Of a stretch of 64,000 nt of DNA, positions 56,357-64,000 are shown in pieces; the first letter of the stretch is position 1, and the number at the start of each line of letters is the position of its first letter. Location: the NCBI GenBank assembly GCA_964106915.2, contig OZ066914.1, one strand, 5' to 3'. A model generated the notes under the pieces. The model was not told the origin of the DNA. It saw only the letters and a list, made by a program, of their open reading frames with translations, and made no database searches. Source of the DNA: Podarcis gaigeae. Taxonomy: Eukaryota. The position numbers and the translations under genes were made by a program.

Positions 56357-59300
56357 TTAGCCCTTCCCTACAACTCACCTGCCGACCAGAATCCTTGAGT
56401 CGGGCATGGATGCGCTGCACAAAAGCAGGGTCTCCCAGAAGGCTCAGTGGGGCACTCAGCTGCACATGGGAAGGATCTGTGGCATCTATCAAGTGCTGCC
56501 ACTCCTCATCGCTATCCAACTCCTAAGAGGCAAGAGTGAGTCAGTGAGGACCACCACCATCAGAAAGCCAAGAAAGTACTTCCTTGCAACTATGCAAATC
56601 ACTGTGGAACCTGGCCATGCACTCACCTCAGTCTCCAGATCCACAGTGTCAATGCTGCGTCTGCCTCGTGCTTCTGCTCTGCCACTTTCTGGCCTCAGCT
56701 CTGGGAATTCCCGCTCGTAATCCTGTGTGATCCGATTTTCTCTGTCCATGAAGAAGAGGGATGAGAGGCTGAAGGCGGGCTACACAACAATGAAATGTTC
56801 TCACCCCAGCTTTGGTTTTCTCTTGTAAAGGACCCCTGGACAGTTAAGTCCAGTCAAAGGTGACTATGAAGTACAGCACTCATCTCGCTTTCAGGCTGAG
56901 GGAGCTGGTGTTTGTCCACAGACAGCTTTCCAGGTCATGTGGCCAGCATGACTAAATCACTTCTGGTGCAACGGGACACTGTGAAGAGTGCCAGAGAGAA
57001 CAGAAATGCCATTTACCTTCCTACCGCAGTGATACCTATTTATCTACTCACAATGGTATGCTTTTGAACTTCTAGGTTGGCAGAATCTGGGACATATATA
57101 TGTCAGCTAATTTAGTTGTTTCCAGTGTTGCCTTGGTCATTTGGTATTACTTAGAGCAACAGTATCTCTATCTGAAAGTCCTGCAAGCTGGAACTTACGT
57201 TTCTATGTATAACTTTGTCCAGAGCTGTTTTGCTGAGCCTATGACTTCTACAGCAGTAAAAGATCTGGACCTTACTCTGATTCTGTGTGGTGTCTGGTAC
57301 TGCCAGCTTTAGATCCACACTTCCCTTGCACGTGTATCATATACCACATTCTCAACAAAATAAACGCACTTCAATTCCTTCTTCTCACCGAGGTGTGGGG
57401 GAAGATTCCTTTTGCTCCCACTCCATTTCCTTTCCTCCAAGGCTAGGGTGCCTCTGTTCTCCAGTGCCAGGAGCTGCCCGATTCGCTTCTCTGGGATCTG
57501 TCTGAGCAAGGCAGGCTTTGCGTGTGTGGCTCTGGACCCCCTTGGGGGTTTCTTCCTTAAACAAAACCCTGGATTTCCCCATCTCCTGTAAGAAGTCAAG
57601 CAACACAGGATGATTCTAATGGACTGCACCCCACCATACCATAAGTTGCCTTGCCAGCAATGGTACTACCTGCCTCTCACCTTTCTCCGAGCTTCCTGGG
57701 CCATCTTCTGCCGTGCTTTCCTCAAGATCTTTGACTGGCCACTGTGAGGGGCCAGCGAGTGTGTCTGCTGCTCTTTCAGGGCCTGCAGTTCAGGAGGTAG
57801 TTTGCTGGTGAAAGGGTTGGTAATGCCTTGATCCGCTGTGTCATCAATCACTGCAAAAGAGAAGGTCCATGTCGGTGACTGGGCTTGCTTGAATTGGGCT
57901 CTGTAAGGAAAGGCAGATGCAGGAACCAGATGGGGGGAAATTGCAAGTAAGCATGGCAGCTGGTACTCACCAGTGACCCGCCCTGCAATGAAGGGGTGAT
58001 AGAGTAGCTCTGGCCAGGACAGGCGCTGCCGAGGGTCTTTCATCAACAGGCCTTGCAAGAAGCTCTACACAGTAATGAGAGATGGTCACTTGCACGTCCT
58101 CACACTACTTATAGTCTATAACCCCAGCTGCTAATTTTACAAGGAAAACCTTGGAGTCAATGAAATTCCTTGGTCGCTGTGGGAAGAGTCTATTCAATCC
58201 ATGCATACAAAAAGCACATTTTCCAGAATGTTCCCATTTTTTTCATTTTTAAGTTTCTAGCTCTGAAGAAAAAAGTCTTGCAAACATGGCTGCATATTCT
58301 GCCTTAAGAAAGAACCTGGTGGCCCCAATACCACCTAAACATGTTTGCACACAGAACTACATTCTTTGGTACAATGTAGCAATGTGGTATCCTTCAGACA
58401 TTGTAGACAACATTACCCTAACCACTGGCCAAGCTGGCTGTGGCTGATGCAGTCAAAATCATTGGGGGGGGGGGCATCCCTGCCTTAGCAAGTACACTCT
58501 TATCCCAGTCTAATCCCCACAGGCAGTGGGGTAGGATAAGGATTGGAGAATGCACTTAAAATCTGTATTTCTACCTTTCAGACATACACACCAACAGTGT
58601 GAAAGAGGCCAAGTGGCATGAGTGAACAAAATCTAAGGCGTTCAAGCTTCCAAGGAGAGAACAAACTCAAACCACAGATACATACAGTGTAATGCCAGAG
58701 ATACAGATAGCTGAATTTGAGTCATGGGAAACCCAAAAGTATAAGCTTCTAGAGCAAAATATATCTCTTATGGCCCTTAGCAGGGCCAATCTACCTTACA
58801 AGGCTCTTGTGTGTGGATAAAATGAGACTAAAGAAGCAATGCATCTAAACCTGCCCTGAGATCATTGGATGGAGTGGGGAAGGCATTTAAGTACAGTTAC
58901 CTTGAAACAAAAAAAATTCCTTCCAGTAGCACCTTAAAGACCAACTAAGTCAGTTCTTGGTATGAGCTTTCGTGTGCATGCACACTTCTTCAGATCATGC
59001 ACACGAAAGCTCATACCAAGAACTGACTTAGTTGGTCTTTAAGGTGCTACTGGAAGGAATTTTTTTTGTTTTGACTATGGCAGACCAACACGGCTACCTA
59101 TCTGTAACAGTTACCTTGAAGTTGGGGCTCATGTTTTTTGGCCACTTGATGGGGTCCTTGATGATCAAGCTCACCAACTGGAAGATGCTGTTGGTGTAGA
59201 AGGGTGGTGTCCCTACACACAGCTCATACAGAATGCATCCCACTGACCAGAGGTCAGCTGTGTGGTCGTAGGGTTTCTCTTCCACTAGCTCAGGCGCCAT

Positions 59301-61661
59301 ATACAGTGGAGTGCCTTTTATAGATGTCAGCACCATGGTGTGAATACTCATTGCGCGGGCAAACCTTTCCAGGAAAGAAAGAAGACAACTGAGACCTTTC
59401 AGTAATGAGACCAGAGATTGGTTGGGGAGATCAGTTCTTAACGTACCTACCCAAAGTCACAGAGCTTGATCACTCCTCCTTTCCCAAGAAGGATGTTTTG
59501 GGGTTTCATGTCACGGTGCAAGATTCGGTGGGAGTGCAGATAATAGAGCGCTGAGACCAATTGAGAGGCAATATCTTGCACCTGAAAGAAAATGACAACC
59601 CTGATACTTTGCAAAGCCCATTTAATCCTGTAGGGATGCTCCACATCTCCAGCATAAAACTTCCATTCCTTTTTGTTATCTTTGCCGATGCCCCTCAATT
59701 GTGAATCATAAGTCCTTCCCCAACACACAGAAATCTACTTGTATTATCCTAAGACAATTAGATCTATTTTTATCCTTGCGGGCAGCAGAGAGCAAGCATT
59801 TCCACTCTTCTATGTACCCTTCAGGTATTTGAAGACTGCAATCATGTCCATCTGCTGCTAGACTTCTCTTCTCCCGATTCAAAGCTAGTTCAAAACACAT
59901 CTGTTCACTCAGGCATCACTTGAAGTGTGACTCCAGATATTCTTATTTATTTAGGATAAGGGCTGTAACTCAGTGGTAGAGCTTTGCATACGGAAGGTCC
60001 CAGGTTCAATCCTCAGCATCTCTAGATAGGGCTGGCAATGTCCCTTGTCTAAAACACTGGAGAGTCACTGCCAGTCAAAGCAGACATAACTGAGCTAGAT
60101 GGACTAATGGTTTGACTCAAGGCAGCTTCCTATCTTCTTATTACTAATCATGGTGAGTTTGTAATGTTTTATGGTTTATTGTGTTTTTATATTGTACCAT
60201 ACACCACTTTTGATATTCCAGTTTGAGAAATATATAAACTGGTTAAAAAAATTAATAAACAAAAAAAGTAGGAAGTAGGAAAAAGTAAGGAAGTACCAAC
60301 TTCCTTAAACCTTTCCTTGATTTAATCTGTTCTAATATCATCCTTGGTATCAAATTCAGAGGGATGGGTCTCTAGTTTCTCAGATCATCTTTTTAAAGAT
60401 TGGGACTGTCTTGTAAGCACCTCAGTCACTATTCCAGGAGATGTAACAGGTTCATGTCAAAGTACACAGCTGGAGGGTTTATGGCCTAGCAAAGACTGAC
60501 ACCTACCCAGACTCCAGCTACTCTCCCATTCCTGGAGTCATTCATCACACTGAATCCCCACTTACTCTTCTGGTCATAGTTACCTGCTCCTCAGGCAAGT
60601 TCCCATCATCCTCAAGGATCTGAAAAAGCTCCCCTTCAGCATAATCTGTCACTACTACAACCTAAAGGAGATAAACAAGACCAGAATGCCAATGAGAACA
60701 TTTTCAAAGGTGGGACACTTGTGGGTAGGGAATGACAGTATGACTAAGCTCTCTGTACTGTTTGAAGCCAACAGGAAACCACCATCAAAAGAAGAGTGTG
60801 CAGCAGCTACCAACACATTTTTATTTGATGAAGGTCCCTATGGAGAGCTCCAAACTCTAAGTGTGTTGGGACATTCTTTGGATAATGTCATTCTGCTGAT
60901 AGGTCTTGGCAGGCTAATTACCTGATGCAGCCTCATGAACCAATAGGCTTGATGTGGCAATCCACACTTCTACAGACAAGATGTGTAATTTAGATAGCTG
61001 TTACCAAAATGGCTAAATTTTAGTTCACTCCTCCTAGGTACTCATTGGAACATCTGGAGAACACCATATAACCTAAACTTCATCAAACAAAATGTAGCCG
61101 TTTTCAGGCCTTTCTGCTTCTTGGGGGACTTTTCACAGAGCCAGGAAGACACCATTTTCTTCTTCACCTCCCACACTTAAAAAGGACTCCCAGCAAGTCC
61201 TTTACCTCTTTATCAGTCTCAAAACTGTCAAGCATCTGGACAATGTTGGGATGATGAAGCCCCCTCATGATCTCAATCTCTCGCTGCAAATTCTTCAGCT
61301 CTTTCTGTGAGCGACCCACTTTAGGGATAAACTTCAAGGCCACCACCTGCCAAAAAATTATTATTATTTTAAAAGGCTGGAAATGTGTCATACACTACTT
61401 TCCCCTCTGTCTGTCCCTGAAAAACTCATTGTGAAACAATGACCACTGCAGGCTCAGGAGCAGACTTCTTATATAGCAATCTTTGGAAACAAATCTCCCT
61501 AAATTAACTCTCTTGCCTGTTGATGAGGTCCATCCCCGTTCCCTTGTGCACTCTGCCCTGTTCCCTTGTGCTCTTACCTGTGCACTGTATTTGCGACGCC
61601 CCTTGTACACTCTTCCAAAAGAGCCTTCGCCAATCATCTCCAATACATGATACTTCTCCAT
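43959..61661 (-). CDS. STK36: Serine/threonine-protein kinase 36 (Fused homolog), complete, 1324 aa
   Basis: 26 coding exons: 61661-61578, 61346-61206, 60661-60584, 59581-59451, 59364-59115, 58064-57971, 57850-57681, 57585-57389, 56741-56627, 56522-56379, 55489-55310, 54490-54393, 54070-53965, 53460-53319, 52660-52533, 52422-52318, 52144-52049, 51579-51485, 50714-50651, 50161-50051, 49913-49839, 48608-48437, 48234-48087, 46835-46676, 46217-45474, 44105-43959 (stop). The total is 3975 nt with consistent phases. Kinase motifs are intact ([39 protein letters not shown]), and C-terminal HEAT/ARM repeats are present ([21 protein letters not shown]). Confidence 0.97.
44442..44634 (+). mobile_element. 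CR1 LINE 3' end
   Basis: GGATGGCCACTTGTC..CTAGATGACC..TTCTATGATTCT tail. Confidence 0.75.
47155..47506 (+). mobile_element. Sauria SINE, full length
   Basis: GGGACACGGGTGGTGCTGTGG head, GGTTCGAATCCC B box, Sauria body and an imperfect TSD TGTTA(C/T)ACCAA. Confidence 0.85.
49305..49793. mobile_element. Two older hAT-type palindromic MITEs (about 49305-49443 and 49669-49793)
   Basis: CCAACCTGGTGCCCTCCAGATGTT / AACATCTGGAGG..CCAGGTTGG inverted structure with degenerate 8-bp TSDs. Confidence 0.6.
53041..53250 (-). mobile_element. CR1 LINE 3' end, adjacent to an L2-like 3' remnant at about 52740-53040
   Basis: GAGTTGGAAGGGACCCCAAGGTTCATCTAGTCCAACCCCCTGC is the reverse complement of a CR1 tail. 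Confidence 0.72.
55753..56113 (+). mobile_element. Sauria SINE, full length
   Basis: Perfect 12-bp TSD TATACCCTGTCA (55741-55752, 56114-56125), tRNA-like head and GGGTACCTTTACC tail. Confidence 0.9.
56322..56356. repeat. (TG)n microsatellite
   Basis: Directly visible dinucleotide repeat next to an STK36 donor site. Confidence 0.85.
56826..57090 (-). mobile_element. Older Sauria SINE fragment
   Basis: TAAAGGACCCCTGGACAGTTAAGTCCAGTC..GGTCATGTGGCCAGCATGAC..TTTACCTTCC..CCTATTTATCTACT. Confidence 0.7.
58907..59106. mobile_element. Recent Penelope-like element remnant (inverted pseudo-LTR fragments) with a 14-bp TSD
   Basis: TSD ACAGTTACCTTGAA at 58893-58906 and 59107-59120. Perfect 76-bp inverted repeat at 58905-58980 / 58996-59071. 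Contains GGTCTTTAAGGTGCTACTGGA, CAGACCAACACGGCTACC and a CTGAAGA..GAAAGCTC hammerhead core, which I recognise as typical of reptile Penelope termini. Confidence 0.78.
58958..58995 (-). ncRNA. Minimal hammerhead ribozyme motif (stem I truncated, probably inactive)
   Basis: Minus strand AU-CUGAAGA-A-GUGUG-CAUG-CACAC-GAAA-GCUC-AUACC gives a CUGANGA box, a perfect stem II and a GAAA box. Only 2 bp of stem I remain. Confidence 0.55.
59960..60138 (+). mobile_element. tRNA-derived SINE with CR1-like tail
   Basis: GGGCTGTAACTCAGTGGTAGAGC (A box), GGTTCAATCC (B box) and tail GAGCTAGATGGACTAATGG..GGCAGCTTCCTAT. Confidence 0.7.
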
Positions 61662-62480
61662 GATGGGAATGTGGGGAGGGGTGGGTATTAATCTGAAAGG
61701 GCAGAGACAAGAGATTAAGCTAAACACGAACAGTAAATGAAAAATGTAAGCACAATGGCAAAGCATGTCATTTCACAATACCATTTTGCAAAGTTATTAT
61801 TATTATTTATTATATTTGTATACCTCCCTTCATCTGAAGATCCCAAGGCTGTTCACAAAATAAGCATACAAATCATGCATGTGTGGTCAAAACCAAGAAT
61901 CAAAAAGAAAAAAGGGAGCGAAGCAGTCAGAAAAGGTTGGGGAAAGGGAAATAGACTCTGGCAAAGCCAATATGACATGCATATCCGGCAAACAGCTCCA
62001 AAGAGGGGTCCCAGATCTCAGAATAGTTGCGCTTTTTGCATCTCCAGGCAAAATGCATGAGATGCATGACAAGACAGCTCTCCAACCAAGGAGCTATTGG
62101 AGGAGATATCAAGTCCTTGCAATGCTGTAAAACCATTCGCTTAGCCACCAATAAAGCATGCAAGTTCCAGGACATTAGGATATAACAGAGCCATCCATGA
62201 CCATCCAAATATTTCAGGGACAGTCTCATAACAAAATTAATTTGAGCAAGCACCTTCACCGAAAAAGAAGCCAAAGCAATGTTTTTAATGCCTCCCAAGA
62301 AAAAAGTTAAGGCACCCCTGGTCCAAAGTGCCCCATCAGGAGTCCATCAACACACAGTCTTTTTAGCCATCTTCTTGCCTGCACAACTCTCCGAATCCCT
62401 TTTGCTATACTGTATAAAGTCCTCACCCGGCCACGGCGTCTTGAGGAGCCTCCTAAGGCGACGATCCTACGCCCACTTAC

Positions 62481-62690
62481 TTAGGAGTAAGCTCCGCAAA
62501 AGTGAAATAGGGCAGAGAAATGCACACAAGGTCGGGCTGTGCGCTGCAGCCCGACACCGGCTCCTTCGCCTCAGCCTCCTCCTTCCAGGTCAATCCAGAG
62601 GAAGAACAGAAGCACCCACGTCCCACCCGCCCCGTCTGACAAAGCCTTTGCCGCGCTGAGCCCCGGCGGGGGCCGTTGGAACCCGGCGGC
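62481..62690 (-). other. STK36: Probable non-coding first exon of STK36
   Basis: Strong donor TAA|GTAAGT at 62481/62480 within the CpG island. The ATG exon has its own acceptor at 61692/61693. The 5' boundary is approximate. Confidence 0.55.
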
Positions 62691-62840
62691 TCGAGAGTAG
62701 GGCGGGGCGGGACGGACGGAGGCTGGTTATCAGCGCAGGCCCCGCGCAACGGCGTCTCCCGGCTGTTGCCTAGCAACCCCCAGCGCCGGAAGAGAACCCG
62801 GCAAGCATTCCAAAGCAGTTGAGTTTCCGGGCGTGTCAAG

Positions 62841-62890
62841 ATGGCGGCGACCGGCGACAGCGAGGAGCAGGAGGAGTTGGCTGCGGATTG
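62841..62890 (+). CDS. RNF25: E3 ubiquitin ligase RNF25, first coding exon (the gene continues beyond the window)
   Basis: ATG in good Kozak context gives MAATGDSEEQEELAADW, ending in phase 2 at TG|GTAAGG. This resembles the short exon 1 of mammalian RNF25 (MAA..EEDW), and RNF25 lies head-to-head with STK36 in mammals. Confidence 0.75.
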
Positions 62891-64000
62891 GTAAGGGAGC
62901 GGTTCGGCCTTGTGTGTCCTGCTTTCTCTCTCAGCGGAAGGCAGATGAGCAAATGCCTGGCGTATCCCCCCCCTTTCCTCCTCTGTTTTCTGTAGCCCAG
63001 GCCATCTCTTCACGAAGGATTTTTTTGTTTCTTCGTCTTGTTCTTATGTAATGTTCGACATGTACGATGTGATTCGTCATCTTCCTGGGTCTCGTCACAA
63101 CCCCCCGCTATTTCTGAGGGTAGGGGGCTGAGAGAGAAAGGCAGCGCCCAGTAGCCGAACAAGCAGCGATATGAATCTTATATTCAAGCCAAGTGCAAAA
63201 TCCACTCCCTGGGCCAATCCTGTTCCTCCTCGCCCTTTGGTCTTCTAGCAGGGTTTTGTTTTGTTTTTTTTACAAACTCCTTATGAAAAACTGTAGATAG
63301 AAAAATAAATGCCTTCTCTTTACCGCACAGTTACCTGGCTAGAAGCATATGCCAACTGAGATCTCTTCTCAGTCAGCTGCTGTTATGCCACTGGTTCCTT
63401 GTGGATATTATGAAAAAATACTCCATGCAACAATCTCACTCTCGGTTAGTATTACAGCTGTGTTTCTGCCCTTTGCAGTATGGAGCTGTGTCGTTTTTCA
63501 GCCACAGAATCAAAACAGAAAGAAAGTGACAGCCTTTCTCAAGCATGGTAAACTACCCACTGTTGTGGGAATTGTGTGTAAGGTAAAATTCTGAGAAGTA
63601 GCCAGAGAGAAATGTTTTTGTGGTTTTCATTATCACTGGCAGCAGCAAAGGTCTGCTAGTTTAGACTTTGTGCCCCTTCACAAGTGCCTATCCTCTTAAG
63701 TGTTTTAGTGGCATTTTAAAAATTCAGGTTATTATGTTGGATTGCCACAAGATATCAGCATTTACAAATGGGTTACATAACCCCCAAAACTTAAATTAAT
63801 GTAGGCATCTAATGTGATGTATGTGTTGTTTGTTCTTCTTGAACACTGATTTGCCTGCCATGGTGATACTCTAAAGCAGTTTTGCCCTGGTGGGCTAGAT
63901 CTTTATCTCTCCCACCCCAATGGGCCAATTTTGAGAAGTGTGTGGGACCACCTACCTGTCAATCATTTGGTGACATATTGATATCAGGTGATTGACAGAT

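Larger units (their letters stand above)
62420..62960. promoter_or_regulatory. Bidirectional CpG-island promoter of STK36/RNF25 with RFX X-box, GC boxes, ETS and YY1 motifs
   Basis: GTTGCCTAGCAAC at 62765-62777, GGGCGGGGCGGG at about 62700, CCGGAAG at about 62786 and CAAGATGGCGGC at 62837-62848. Confidence 0.75.

Noticed and set aside
59960-60025. tRNA gene-like sequence
   Set aside because: The cloverleaf is broken and continues into a CR1-like tail, so it is a SINE head and not a tRNA gene.
62477-63013. 178-aa minus-strand ORF over the STK36/RNF25 promoter
   Set aside because: CpG-island artefact with a non-ATG start that ends at the STK36 first donor.

Overview
Vertebrate genomic DNA, almost certainly from a squamate and probably a lacertid lizard, judged from several Sauria SINE copies, CR1/L2-type LINE fragments, hAT and Tc1/mariner MITEs and Penelope remnants. 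I reconstructed five protein-coding genes exon by exon, with GT-AG boundaries and consistent phases. They are the 5' part of SLC23A3 (-, runs off the window start), complete CNPPD1 (-, 8 coding exons, 431 aa), complete RETREG2/FAM134A (+, 9 coding exons, 556 aa), complete STK36/Fused (-, 26 coding exons, 1324 aa) and the first coding exon of RNF25 (+). CNPPD1/RETREG2 and STK36/RNF25 are head-to-head pairs, and RETREG2 and STK36 converge. The most unusual structure is a very young Penelope-like insertion (58907-59106). Its 14-bp target-site duplication copies an STK36 kinase-domain splice donor, and it carries a perfect 76-bp inverted repeat and a truncated hammerhead-ribozyme core. It also creates a polypyrimidine-AG|GT site that could allow precise or recursive removal of the insertion by splicing. 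Other items include a solo LTR with a 100-codon open frame beside a RETREG2 microexon and an RFX X-box in the STK36/RNF25 promoter. I found no evidence for a new multi-gene system. Gene and repeat-family names come from recognition of sequence, not from database searches.
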